A DNA stretch of 64,000 nt from Eledone cirrhosa (Eukaryota). Made by a program: the position numbers and the translations under genes. This document shows, in pieces, positions 29,896-43,892 of the stretch (positions are counted from its first letter, which is position 1; each line of letters starts with the position of its first letter). Below the pieces are notes generated by a model, which did no database searches, was not told the origin of the DNA, and saw only the letters and a list, made by a program, of their open reading frames with translations. The stretch is from positions 250,666,001-250,730,000 of the forward strand of contig OZ024742.1 in NCBI GenBank assembly GCA_964016885.1. Direction: 5' to 3'.

Positions 29896-29935
29896 AAATC
29901 CCAGATTTTATATCATACACACACATATATATATG

Positions 29936-29966
<31 letters not shown>

Positions 29967-30003
29967 GCATACATATATATATGCATACATACATACATGA
30001 ATA

Positions 30004-30594
30004 CATGGTGGCTGCCAACTCGTTTTCGAGTACGGCCACTACTTTATATCCATGTAGGAGAACCCCTGCCGAACCCCTACGAGTGTGACTTTTTAGTCCA
30101 GCCATTGACTTGAAAACTCTGGTACAAACACTACGCTTGTGACAATTATTGACACATAGTGCTGGGCCCATGGTACCATGTGATGACAAGTGCAGAGAGA
30201 TCTCCAGATATAAAGCAATGCCTATGCCGTGAAGCTTTTATAGTGAGCAAAGGCACTGCACAAAGCCAGTCCAACTCTCTTAACCAAGATGATATTTACC
30301 AAAAAGAAGAACAATTCAACATCATTGGATACCATCGGGGTTGCAGGTGTTATATCAGAGTTTTCCTTCTCCTAGAATTCAGCCTTGACAAAGGCTAAGG
30401 GGTCATCTCTCCCGGTGATTTTGGATAGCTCCTTTGCCCTTTGGCAGGTTTTGTTTTTAGTCCTGCAGGATGTCCAAAGTCACCCTCCTCACCAAGAAAC
30501 CTTGGTGGGATTGCCAGTTTAGTCGCCAACGACCCGACCATGGAACAGGCTGCACTGGGATACATGTTACCAGTAGGACCAACTGGTGACCTGC
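30004..30594 (-). mobile_element. Non-autonomous RTE-derived retroelement (~590 bp) with (ATGT)n tail
   Basis: Reverse complement has ctaggagaaggaaaactctga, which resembles an RTE 5'-region motif, and ends in a C2H2 remnant (SVCTRVFKSMAGLKSHTR). There is no RT, and (CATA)n flanks both ends. Confidence 0.7.
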
Positions 30595-30598
30595 ATAC

Positions 30599-30637
<39 letters not shown>

Positions 30638-31126
30638 CATACATATATACATACATATATATATATACATACATATATACATACATATATATATATACAT
30701 ATATATATACATACATATATATATATACATATATATATACATATATATATATATATACATATATATATACATATATATATACATACATATATATATACAT
30801 ACATATATACATACATATATATATACATACATATATATATACATACATATATATATACATACATATATATATACATACATATATATATACATACATATAT
30901 ATATACATACATATATATATACATACATATATATATACATATATAATATATATATATATATATATACGTACACACACATACATATTTATATATATATATA
31001 TGTTCGTATACACACACACATATATACTTCTCTATATATATATATACTTACATTCGTATACACACACATACATTATATATATATATATATACTTGTATTC
31101 GTATACACACACACATATATACACAC

Positions 31127-31196
<70 letters not shown>

Positions 31197-31816
31197 ACGG
31201 AAGATGTCTGTCTGTGTGTGTGTATGATTTTTATGCATCTCCACATTTCTCTACCGATTTTGATGATTTCTTTTCCAATGTGCTCCAAATTTGCCAACGA
31301 TGGTCAAGGCGTAGTAATCTTTGCCAAAAATGTCCTGCTTCTATGAAAAAAATCGATATAACTAAATACATGCTGTAACCCTCTCTCTTACACGTTTATT
31401 CACTCTCTCTTACACGTTTATTCACTCTCTCTACTACCCAACAGCGACAAAACTTCGTTCAGGAACGCGACATAAACTTTGAAAACTAAGCAACTCAATA
31501 TTTTATACAACATAGTCATAACGCTCTCTCCGTCGCTCTTCCCTCTCTCTATAATAGATCATTCCACCTCTCTATAATTTAACTGCTTTACTCTCTCTGT
31601 CGCTCTTTACTCTCTATATGACAACACTGTTTTACACACGTCCCTATAGTTTCTTAGCTTTACTCTTTCCATCGCTCTTCCGTCTCTCTATAATAGATTA
31701 TTCCCCCTCTCTATAATTTAACTGCTGGGGGAGTCATTGGAGTTCCGTATTGACATACGGCTTTTCTGGGGTATTTTAAATCGGCTTATTGCAAATAACA
31801 CTTCATATAACAGATT

Positions 31817-32004
31817 AATTGTTTCTACTTTAGGCACAAGGCCAGCAATTACCCAGTGCATTACTGGTACTTTATTTTATCGACCCCGTAAGGATGAAAG
31901 GCAAAGTCAACCTCGGCGGGATTTGAACTCAGATCATAAAGGGACGTAACTATGCTGGAAAGCATGGCGTCCGACCCTCTACCGATACTGCCAATCCACC
32001 GCCC
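31817..32004 (-). mobile_element. tRNA-derived SINE with 12-bp target-site duplication
   Basis: Full length. taacagattaat occurs at 31808-31819 and 32005-32016. Confidence 0.93.
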
Positions 32005-32138
32005 TAACAGATTAATGCTACAGACATATGAATCGGAATGTTTAAATTATTTATTTTTTACGACTTTCATTGGTTAAATATTAATATGACAACACCCATA
32101 GTGTTGTACTTCTGGCAATTCTGCCGAATACACTGCCA

Positions 32139-32399
32139 ATGATGAACCTTTTCCCCTCGGCGTCAGATATCCCGTTCGATTTCCGGCGATCCCAATTCCC
32201 GGTGAGACCATGTTTTGCCATGTCCATTAACAAGTCACAAGGGCAAACATTGTCGGTGGCGGGCATCCATTTGGGGGAGCCATGCTTCTCCCATGGCCAA
32301 CTTTATGTTGCTTGTTCCGGCGTAGGGAGCAGGAATGGACTTTTTGCTTACACTCCTCAAGGGATGACGCACAATATCGTCTACAAAGAGGTGCTATAG
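32139..32399 (+). pseudogene. Helitron Pif1-family (SF1) helicase C-terminal fragment
   Basis: DIPFDFRRSQFPVRPCFAMSINKSQGQTL..CFSHGQLYVACS..NIVYKEVL* covers the C-terminal helicase motifs and the typical RepHel terminus. Confidence 0.93.
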
Positions 32400-32709
32400 A
32401 TGTTGGAGCTATGCCGTCTGGAAAACTATTTCCTGGTAGGGTCACCCAAGGCGGACAGATCTGACACCCAGCGGCATCAGGGCCACCATCTTGCAACTAA
32501 GGTCTGCTAAATTCGCTATTGGAAGATTATTAACCCATCATTGATTGTCCAAAATGCTAATTGGTTCGTAACTTTTCAATTTTTAATAACCGGTTCAACT
32601 GCTTTATGCACTTAATTGATAAGCTTATTCGCTTTCAAGCCACGTTTACCTGTATATAACTTTTCATAGCAAATGAACAAACCGGAGCAACGCTGGGCTA
32701 AACTGCTAG

Positions 32710-33261
32710 TATATATATATAAATATTATATATATTATATATATTATATAAATATTATATAATTATATTTTATATATATAAATAATATATACACTATATA
32801 AATATTATATATACTATATAAATATTATATAATTCTATTTTATATATATAAATATTATATATACTATATAAATATTATATAATTCTATTTTAAATATATA
32901 AATATTATATATACAATATAAATAATATATAATTCTATTTTATATATATAAATATTATATATACTATATAAATATTACATAAATAGTATATAATTCTATT
33001 TTAAATATATATTATATATACAATATAAATATTATATAATTCTATTTTATATATATAAATATTATATATACTATATAAATATTATATAAATATTATATAA
33101 TTCTATTTTAAATATATAAATATTATATATACAATATAAATATTATATATACAATATAAATATTATATAATTCTATTTTATATATATATATATATTATAT
33201 ATACTATATAAATATAAATATTATATATATATATTTTATATATATTATATTATATTATATA
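32710..33261. repeat. AT-rich minisatellite (tataaatattatataattctatttt / atatactata)
   Basis: Direct observation. Confidence 0.9.
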
Positions 33262-33450
33262 AAGGGCGGTGGATTGGCAGTATCGGTAGAGAGTCGGACG
33301 CCATGCTTTCCAGCATAGTTACGTCCCTTTACGATCTGAGTTCAAATCCCGCCGAGGTTGACTTTGCCTTTCATCCTTACGGGGTCGATAAAATAAAGTA
33401 CCAGTAATGCACTGGGTAATTGCTGGCCTTGTGCCTAAAGTAGAAACAAT

Positions 33451-33452
<2 letters not shown>
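33262..33452 (+). mobile_element. Full-length tRNA-derived SINE (reference copy)
   Basis: A box TGGCAGTATCGG, B box GAGTTCAAATCC, central gactttgcctttcatccttacggggtcgataaaataaagtaccag domain, tail agaaacaattat. Confidence 0.93.
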
Positions 33453-33487
<35 letters not shown>

Positions 33488-34035
33488 TATATATATAATA
33501 GCCAGATAGACATACAAAGAGACAAAACACTCGGGCCTTCATGTTTCAGCATGCTTCTCCACCCTTATCACATATCCTCCACCCCGAAATTTGTTGGTGA
33601 GGGTAGAGAAAAACACTAGGATAACTGTAAATATACATCTGTGTTAATACATAGTGTGTGCATCTAGATTTATATGCGTCTATATATGTGTGTGTGTGTA
33701 TGTGTGTATTATGTGTATGTTACTGAACTGATATGAAATAGTAATTTTGAGGGGGAGGTGTAGATAATCTGTGGAAGATGGAGTTATAGATTTGAAGATG
33801 TTTCTCTGTGAAAGTCAACAGATGTGATTTAGGATAACATATTGTCATGGCAACAGCCTATCACCGCCACCGCCTATATAACCATCCCCACAACGACCAC
33901 CACCACGATGTGTTATGCTCTTGGGCAAGACTCTCCACTCAGTGGCAAAACAGCTATTCCTGTACTTCAAAGGGTTACCATTGTATCACACTGTGATTCT
34001 GAATCTCTAAGAACAATGTTATTAATACACCTAAT

Positions 34036-34225
34036 GGCGGTGGATTGGCAGTATCGATAGACGGTCGAACGCCATGTTTAGCGGCATAGAGTTGCCTCAC
34101 TTTAGACTCAGAGTTCAAATCTCGCCGAGTTTAACTTTGCCTTTCATTCTTACGGGGTCGATAAAATAAAGTACCAGTAATGCACTGGGATAATTGCTGG
34201 CCTTGTGCCAAATGTAGAAACAATT
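34036..34225 (+). mobile_element. tRNA-derived SINE with target-site duplication attaatacaccta
   Basis: Full length. The duplication is at 34021-34033 and 34223-34235. Confidence 0.92.
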
Positions 34226-34235
34226 AATACACCTA

Positions 34236-34760
34236 TCTGTGGAATACTAAGCCACTTAGACCATAATACAAAATGGGCCATGTGCTTTAATTCAATGGGC
34301 CAGTCTTGTCACATAATATGCCATGCTGAATATCTCCGTGAACTACGTTAAGGACATACGTGTTTGTGGAATACTCAACCACACCAGAATACAAGCTGGA
34401 CTGTGTATCTGTAAATCAAATGGCCAGCCTTATCGGCAACTGTCTACGTCCCGTTGAATCTACCCGAGAGCTACGTTAAGTGTACACGTATCTGAAGAAT
34501 AAAACAGACAGCTATTTTCACGTTAATCGAACAATTAGTGCAATCACCGTCTGAACCGACGGAGGTCCTACACACACATATTTATATTCAAAGGACCAAT
34601 CTTGACACATTCTGCCACATTGAATCTCTCTGAGAACTATGTTTAGGGTCCATGTGTCTACGGAATAGAACGCTCAGCACGTTAATCTCACGAGCCGGCA
34701 GTTCTGTTGCTCAAACAACTGGAACATTCATCGTCGACACCGACTGAGGTCCAACGCACA
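34236..34760 (+). repeat. Tandem truncated copies of a dispersed repeat tail (ctgaatctccc.gagaactacgttaagggtacacgtgtct)
   Basis: Three to four degenerate copies here and about three more at 54945-55135. Confidence 0.65.
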
Positions 34761-35657
34761 ATCCCCAAAACTGGTTTTTATTATAGTTTAGTTTTTCTCA
34801 GTTTTTTATATTACTATTATTTTGTTGTTGTAAATATTTGGTGGAAATTGAAACCAAATTTAGAAGCACTAAATAACTTCAACATGTGTATCAGACGCGA
34901 GAATCTACAGAAGTTCTGAATAAACAGATTTATTTGAACTAGAATTGAAGTTACGGCCAAGTTTGGTCGACACACACACGGTGACATTTGGAAACCAGTG
35001 TAGAAGAGGAAGACGGACGAGAGTGAAAAGGTTTAATTTAGTTTTTTGTTCAGAGGAGAATGGGTTGTATGTGTGTGCTGCTTCAGAAATGTGGATTAGT
35101 TGTGAAGTAATGATGTTGGAGAAAATGTCAAGTTGTGTTTTGTTGATGGAAGGTGGCAGACATATGCAAATGAGGCGAGAGACATGCAAAGTAAATCAGG
35201 CAGACGATGTTTCATGTCTGACATTTTCTCCCCAATAGCTGTGCACTCTCTTATATAAACTATTTCACTGAATTACGCTGGAAAACCAATATAAAAGAGA
35301 ACTCACTGAAATAAACGATAAAAAACAAAGAACTATAGTAAAATAAACGTCCATGTTAAAGTTCTGTAGAGATTTTTTGTGAAATTTTAGTAAATATTGT
35401 TTCCTCTTTGAAAAACAGATTCTTGGATTAGGTGAGAAGGAATGGTTACAGGACAGGAATGTATGTAGGATTCTAAAATATTTTTCTTTGCCTAGTTCCA
35501 GTCATTAGATTGCGGCCAAGCTGGAGCAACGCCTTGAAATGATTTAGTCGATCATATCGAATCCAGTATTTATTTTGTTTTCAAGTTTGACACTTATTTC
35601 CTCGAAACTTTACTTTACGGAACATAAACACCCTCTCTCTCTCTCCCTCTCTCTCTG

Positions 35658-35700
<43 letters not shown>

Positions 35701-35780
35701 TATATATATATATTATATATATATATATATTATATATATTATATATATATATTATATATATATATATATGTATATCATTA

Positions 35781-36221
35781 TCTATAAAAGGCAGAGTTCA
35801 AATCCCGCCGAGGTTAACTTTGCCTTTCATCCTTACGGGGTCGATAAAATAAAGTACCAGTAATACATTGGGTAATTGCTCGCCTTGTGCCTAACGTAGA
35901 AAAAATTATCTATAAAAGGCAGATTGTTGTTGTTGTGTGTGTGTGTGTGTGTGTGCATGTTCCATGTTTATACATTTGCACAATTTCAAACCGATTCGAC
36001 TCAAAGTCTGTAAGAATGTTGTAAATGGTCTAACTTTGGTCAACGACTATTTATTTCATTCAAACTCACCCACAATTACGGAAATAATCGATAAAACTAA
36101 ATAGATGACGCTTTATCCCTATAATACAATCAGATTTCTTCTCTCTACTCCCCTTAAAATTCGATAAAACTACATACATGCTGCAACTTTCTCTCATATA
36201 CGATTAAACTTACAAACTTTA

Positions 36222-36254
<33 letters not shown>

Positions 36255-36951
36255 GAGAGAGAGGGAACGTTTGTTTTTGAGTGTGGAACGGTCAAACATT
36301 TATTTACTTCAATGACAAAGAGAACTTATTACATTTCATACGAAACAACAATTATTCAAAAGCAACAGAAAAATTTATTCAAGAACAACAAAAATAGCGA
36401 TAAATCTTTTTTTAAATATCTATCAACGAACGTGGAAGAAAGAAGTATCAGTTTATTTACTATACACAATAATATCCTCTATGAGGTCACTAAACCTGCT
36501 AGAAACAGCAGCTAACTCTCCCCCATATCACACCACTCTCTACTGTCTTAAATTTAGAAAACATATCCTCTATGAGGTCACTAAACCTGCTAGAAACAGC
36601 AGCTAACTCTCCCCCATATCACACCCCTCCCTACTGTCTTAAATTTACAAAAAACACACAGAGAACCATGCAGAACAACTCCATCGCAGCTCTGTTGTTC
36701 GGCTGGCATCGTCTACGCGCGTGTTGCGCAAATACTGTGAAACAATAAATTTCAACACTTCTTTACACAAAGATAATATCCACAGGCGAAACTACAATTG
36801 TCACTGCTGGCGCAGATCCTTCTTCGGTAGGCCAGGTCTGCAATTCATTCACCCAGTGCCTGGCAGACAAAAAAGTGCTGCCAAAAAATGGGTGGTGCAA
36901 CCTAACTTTGGTAACTTACTGACACCAAGCAACGCCGGGCTTTAATGCTAG
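35781..36951 (+). mobile_element. Non-autonomous Helitron with a nested 5'-truncated SINE and a 91-bp internal tandem duplication
   Basis: 5' A|TCtataaaaggcag, then (TG)n and aaaccgattcgac. 3' ccaagcaacgccggg followed by CTAG|T. The duplication starts at 36472 and 36563. Confidence 0.7.
35795..35907 (+). mobile_element. 5'-truncated SINE with target-site duplication ttatctataaaaggcaga
   Basis: Starts at the B box. The duplicated flank is at about 35778-35795 and 35906-35923. Confidence 0.9.
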
Positions 36952-37175
36952 TATATTATATATATATATATATTATTATATATATATTATATATATATAT
37001 ATTATATATATTATATATATATATATATATATTATTATATATATATATATTATATATATATATATTATATATATTATATATATATATATTATATATATTA
37101 TATATATATATTATATATATATATATATTATATATATATATATTATATATATATATATTATATATATATATATTA

Positions 37176-37222
<47 letters not shown>

Positions 37223-37226
37223 ATAT

Positions 37227-37260
<34 letters not shown>

Positions 37261-37275
37261 ATTATATATATATAT

Positions 37276-37306
<31 letters not shown>

Positions 37307-37401
37307 ATATATATATATGTTATATATATATATATATTATATATATTATATATATATATTAGATATATATATATTATATATATATATTATATATATAATA
37401 T

Positions 37402-37433
<32 letters not shown>

Positions 37434-37452
37434 ATATATATATATATAATAT

Positions 37453-37483
<31 letters not shown>

Positions 37484-37611
37484 TAGATATATATATATAT
37501 TATATATTATATATATTATATATATATATTAGATATATATATATTATATATATATATTATATATATATATTATATATATATATAATATATATATATATTA
37601 TATATATATAT

Positions 37612-37643
<32 letters not shown>

Positions 37644-37704
37644 ATATTATTGCTTAAATATATATATATCTTTGCTTAAACTTTAATCTGTTATTTTAAT
37701 AAAT

Positions 37705-37748
<44 letters not shown>

Positions 37749-37886
37749 TATATATATATATAATATATATATATATTATATATATATATATAATATATAT
37801 ATATATAATATATATATATATAATATATATATATATAATATATATATATAATATATATATATATAATATATATATATATTATATAT
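36952..37886. repeat. (TA)n array with TT/AA phase shifts
   Basis: Direct observation. Confidence 0.97.
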
Positions 37887-38069
37887 AGTTTTAATATAGA
37901 TGAGATTCTACAGGACTAGAACTGTTTCATTCTTTAGAAATCATGATGATTTCTAAAGAATGAAACAGTTCTAGTCCTGTAGAATCTCATCTATATTAAA
38001 ACTTTTATACTCTGCAATGTATTGAGTACCTTATTTACTGTGGTTACCTCCGATTAAGCCGGAATAACG
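37887..38069 (+). mobile_element. Fold-back element: perfect 58-bp-arm palindrome centred in a hammerhead-like core, plus 3' tail
   Basis: 37887-37944 is the reverse complement of 37946-38003. The right arm reads TGATGA-tttc-taaa-gaat-GAAA-cag, and the tail contains tattgagtac. Confidence 0.75.
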
Positions 38070-38109
<40 letters not shown>

Positions 38110-38394
38110 TATATATATATTATATATAGTATATATATATATATACATATATTTATTATATATATATTATATAGAGTATATATATATATATTTAATACAT
38201 TAACAGAGAAAGCTTTAAGCAATACTCCGACCGGCTTCCGTCTCACTCAACAAACATTAGGATATACCTTAGTATAATCCCAATTATACGTTTGGGGTGC
38301 TAACTATACGTATTTTGCGGATAGCCAGTTGTATTATTTTATATGAGACATAATTAAAATACATCTCTCTTATATATATATTTATTATATATAG

Positions 38395-38425
<31 letters not shown>

Positions 38426-38481
38426 TATATATATATTATATATAGTATATATATATATATATATATATTTATTATGTATAG

Positions 38482-38515
<34 letters not shown>

Positions 38516-38695
38516 ATTATATATAGTATATATATATATTATATATAGTATATATATATATATATATTTATTATATATATATTATATATAGTATATATAT
38601 ATTTATTATATATATATTATATATAGTATATATATATTTATTATATATATATTATATGTAGTATATATATATATATATATATATTTTATATAGTA

Positions 38696-39681
38696 CTAGC
38701 AGTAAAGCCCGGCGTTGCTCGGGGTCGCTCGCTGTGTTAAAGTTACAATGTTAAGTTTCTTTTTTGGCTTAAAAACTGTAGTGTCTACTGTGCAGACTTG
38801 CATGTGGTGTTTTTGATTAATATTCCCTCAACCAACAATATGCCTTATGAAGTTAAGAAAACATAACGATAACCCGAATGTTATAACAAAAGAGGATGCT
38901 GGGGATAAAAACTGCACTGGTTATTTATTAACAAAGATCGAAAATGTAAACACTGCAACGCAGAGAAAAACATTAGCGTAACCAAATTATCAGTTATGTC
39001 TGTCTGCACGCCTATATCACCTCTCTGCACGACTATCTGTCTGCACGCCTATATCACCTCTCTGCACGACTGTCTGTCTGCACGCCTATATCACCTCTCT
39101 GCACGACTGTCTGTCTGCACGCCTATATCACCTCTCTGCACGACTGTCTGTCTGCACGCCTATATCACCTCTCTGCACGACTGTTTGTCTGCACGCCTAT
39201 ATCACCTCTCTGCACGACTGTCTGTCTGCACGACTGTCTGTCTGCACGCCTAACGACAAAATATTTGCTTGTTTTACGTAGTCTTTAAATAGACTTGTTT
39301 TCAAGTAAAAATATTGTTTTAAAATGCTTTTAAATGGAAATGAAGCAAAACGGAAGCTTAGTGTTCGAACTGATGAATTTTGCAGGTCAATATTTTGCTG
39401 GCTCGACAACTGTTAAAGCCAGCGTAATTTTTTACGTAAGACGCTCAATGTAAACAGAACAAAGGGAAATAACTGATCACTTACGCTCAAAAATCGATAC
39501 ATTATATTCGATTTCGTCACATAGGGTGGGTCAATTTGAAATTTTTTTTTTTTCCGATGTCTTCGCTAGAGCTCAATGTACAAGTATAGCAATTTCGGTG
39601 CAATTCCGTGAGAGATTCTAAGAGGAGATGTGTGCCAAAAATCGATAGACAGACAGACAACCACAGTTTTATATATATAGA
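38696..39681 (-). mobile_element. Complete non-autonomous Helitron (986 bp) containing a 37-bp minisatellite
   Basis: Minus strand A|TCtatatatataaaac..(tgtc)n ... cccgagcaacgccggg-ctttactg-CTAG|T. The unit ctgtctgtctgcacgcctatatcacctctctgcacga repeats about 6.5 times at 38998-39250. Confidence 0.88.
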
Positions 39682-40220
39682 TGTCTGTCTGCACGCCTAT
39701 ATCACCTCTCTGCACGACTGTCTGTCTGCACGCCTATATCACCTCTCTGCACGACTATCTGTCTGCACGCGTATATCACCTCTCTGCACGACTGTCTGTC
39801 TGCACGACTGTCTGTCTGCACGACTGTCTGTCTGCACGCCTAACGACGAAATATTTGCTTGTTTTACGTAGTCTTTAAATAGACTTGTTTTCAAGTAAAA
39901 ATATTGTTTTAAAATGCTTTTAAATGGAAATGAAGCAAAACGGAAGCTTAGTGTTCGAACTGATGAATTTTGCAGGTCAATATTTTGCTGGCTCGACAAC
40001 TGTTAAAGCCAGCGTAATTTTTTACGTAAGACGCTCAATGTAAACAGAACAAAGGGAAATAACTGATAACTTACGCTCAAAAATCGATACATTATATTCG
40101 ATTTCGTCACATAGGGTGGGTCAATTTGAAATTTTTTTTTCCGATGTCTTCGCTAGGGCTCAATGTACAAGTATAGCAATTTCGGTGCAATTCCGTGAGA
40201 GATTCTAAGAGATGTGTGCC
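39682..40220 (-). mobile_element. Partial tandem copy of the adjacent Helitron
   Basis: Near-identical to the region from the minisatellite to 39635 and lacks both termini. Confidence 0.88.
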
Positions 40221-40668
40221 TTATTATATATATATTATATATAGTATATATATATATATATATATATTTATTATATATATATTATATATAGTATATATAT
40301 ATATATATATATTTATTATATATATATTATATATAGTATATATATATATATATATTTATTATATATATATTATATATATAGTATATATATATATATATAT
40401 TTATTATATATATATTATATATATAGTATATATATATATATATATTTATTATATATATATTATATATAGTATATATATATATATATATTTATTATATATA
40501 TATTATATATAGTATATATATATATATATATTTATTATATATATATTATATATATAGTATATATATTTATTATATATATATTATATATAGTATATATATA
40601 TATATATATTTATTATATATATATTATATATAGTATATATATATATATAGTATATATATATATATATA

Positions 40669-40710
<42 letters not shown>

Positions 40711-40807
40711 TATATATATATTATATATAGTATATATATATATATATATTTATTATATTATATTGAATATATATTTATTATATATATATATGGCTTTCTA
40801 AACTACG

Positions 40808-40847
<40 letters not shown>

Positions 40848-40855
40848 TATATTGT

Positions 40856-40892
<37 letters not shown>

Positions 40893-41010
40893 TATATTAT
40901 ATTGTAATATATATATATATATATTTATTATATTATATTGTAATATATATATATATATATATTTATTATATTGTATTGAATATATATTTATTATATATAT
41001 ATTATCTATA

Positions 41011-41083
<73 letters not shown>

Positions 41084-41279
41084 TTAGTTAAGCAAAACAA
41101 GACCACAAATGAATATTTCCAGCTCTGCGCACCTAACCTCTGCATGAACCCAGCCACCTAGCTGCTTTCTACTGCATATTGCACATTGAGCACATGCATT
41201 TACGCTTTGGCTTCTAATTAACTCACCAATCTTTCCTCTACTATCTCAATTTCTCTCTTTAAGATTGGTTACTCTTGAA

Positions 41280-41320
<41 letters not shown>

Positions 41321-41325
<5 letters not shown>

Positions 41326-41922
41326 TTAAGTTGTTTGGAAGCCTCGACAATGCAAATGGGTAAATCTCCGGGTAACAAGGTCCGGTGGTGGAGAGAGAGA
41401 TGTAAGTGGTTGTACGTTGAGATGCGTGGTGTGTATAAGATGTGTGAGATGTGTAGAATGAAGGGAAGAGTATAAAGGATAAAAATAAAAATAACAACAC
41501 AAGAGAGAGTTATCTTGGGAGAGATTTAATAGTCCCTATATATTTCGATATACAAATCAACAAACAGCGAAAGACGCGTTCCGAGTTGTCCGACAGACAA
41601 CCTTTTCCCCCACCCCTGAAAAAAAACCCCATTTGATGGATGTGAATCCGAAATATATAGGGACTATTAAATCTCTCCCAAGGTAACTCTCTCTTGTGTT
41701 GTTATTTTTATTTTTATCCTTTATACTCTTCCCTTCATTCTACACATCTCACATATCTTATACACACCACGCATCTCAACGTACACCCACTTACATCTCT
41801 CTCTCCACCACCGGACCTTGTTACCCGGAGATTTACCCATTTGCATTGTCGAGCCTTCCAAACGACTTAAAGATATTTACTTATTGTTCCACAATGCTTC
41901 AAGCAAACTTCAATACTCTCTT
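41321..41922 (+). mobile_element. TA-embedded element with 227-bp inverted repeats and a hammerhead-like motif (family B)
   Basis: Arms at 41321-41547 and 41649-41875. ttgat-ggat-gtga-atcc-GAAA-tatat is at 41633-41658. The tail cacaatgcttcaagcaaactt is shared with 48691-48724 (reverse complement). Confidence 0.75.
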
Positions 41923-41937
41923 ATATATATATATTTA

Positions 41938-42023
<86 letters not shown>

Positions 42024-42245
42024 ATATATAGTATATATATATATATAGTATAGATATATATTTATTATATATATATATATTTATTATATATATATTATAT
42101 ATAGTACATATATATATATATAGTATATATATATATTTATTATATATATACATATATATTTATTATATATATATTATATATAGTATATATATATAGTATA
42201 TATATATATTTATTATATATATATATATATTTATTATATATATAT

Positions 42246-42846
42246 ATGTCAACTCTGGATGTCGGTGAGCATGTCCAGCCAACCTCAGTCTCCTCTGTGT
42301 CACTTTTGAGCTGACTTTTGGGATGCTCCCATACAGCTCTGAGTTTTTCATCCTCAGTGTATACTGATTAATGTTCAGAGCCATCCTCGGCATTCTCGTG
42401 TAGCACCCATCCACCATCTGAGTGAGTCTCTTGGTCAGTGTCCAAGTCTCAGACCCATACAGCAGCACAGACTCCACTACAGCAATGAAGAGGCGGATTT
42501 TCAGGTCTCTACGAAGGTCCGACTTCCACACCGATCTCAAGCTGTGACACGCCGCCCAGGCCTTGCTCTTCCTCTCAACATCATCTTCCGTATTCCCAAT
42601 CTTTGCTCCCAAATACAGGAAGTCCTCAACCAATCCAGAGTTGACATTGCACTCAGTGCTCCTTTGGGAGCCCCTACATGGACACACTAGAAGTGGAAGA
42701 CCAAGGTTAACATATGTTGATGCCCTAAGGACAGACACTGGTCTGTTGGAGATGCAGGATATGGCAGCGATAATGAGGGACAAAGACCGCTGGAGAGAAC
42801 TCGTCCATGGATCTCGGGAATTTTACCCGCCTTAGATAGATAGATA
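42246..42846. mobile_element. RTE-clade LINE 3' fragment with 5' inversion and (TAGA)n tail
   Basis: Minus 42632-42246 encodes VEDFLYLG..LLYGSETWTL..RRLRLAGHAHRHPELT. Plus 42633-42835 continues PELTLHSVLLWEP..GRPRLTYVD..DKDRWRELV. Confidence 0.92.
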
Positions 42847-42930
42847 TATATATATAGTATATATATATTATATATAGTATATATATATATATTTATTATA
42901 TATATATTATATATATATATATGTATTATA

Positions 42931-42962
<32 letters not shown>

Positions 42963-42970
42963 TTATTATA

Positions 42971-43002
<32 letters not shown>

Positions 43003-43755
43003 TTATTATATATATATTATATATATATATATATATATTTATTATATATATATTATATATTTATAATATATATATTATATATAGTATATATATATTTATA
43101 TATTTATTATATATATATTATATATAGTATATATATATATATATTTATATTTTATTATATATATATTATATATAGTATATATATATATATATATTTATAT
43201 ATTTATTATATATATATTATATATAGTATATATATATATATATATTTATATATTTATTATATATATATTATATATAGTATATATATATATATATTTATAT
43301 ATTTATTATATATATATTATATATAGTATATATATATATATATATTTATATATTTATTATATATATATTATATATAGTATATATATATATATTTATTATA
43401 TATATATATATAGTATATATATATATAGTATATATATATATATTTATTATATATATATTATATATAGTATATATATATATAGTATATATATATATATTTA
43501 TTATATATATATTATATATAGTATATATATATATAGTATATATATATATATATATTTATTATATATATTTATTATATATATATTATATATAGTATATATA
43601 TATATATATATATATTTATTATATATATATATATATATATATAGTATATATATATATAGTATATATATATATATATTTATTATATATATATTATATATAG
43701 TATATATATATATAGTATATATATATATATATTTATTATATATATATTATATATA

Positions 43756-43789
<34 letters not shown>

Positions 43790-43827
43790 TATATATATAT
43801 ATATTTATTATATATATATTATATATA

Positions 43828-43890
<63 letters not shown>

Positions 43891-43892
<2 letters not shown>

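Larger units (their letters stand above)
31190..32709 (+). mobile_element. Internally deleted Helitron carrying the RepHel helicase C-terminus, with a nested SINE
   Basis: (TGTC) repeats and ccgattttgatga near the 5' end, a helicase remnant, and a 3' ccggagcaacgctggg hairpin followed by CTAG|T. Confidence 0.8.

Noticed and set aside
33262-33350. Possible tRNA gene
   Set aside because: A and B boxes are present, but there is no cloverleaf and the sequence continues into the SINE body in every copy.
36472-36650. 91-bp duplication containing ctatgagg..gaaac as a tandem ribozyme
   Set aside because: The core and helices do not fit. It is an ordinary internal Helitron duplication.
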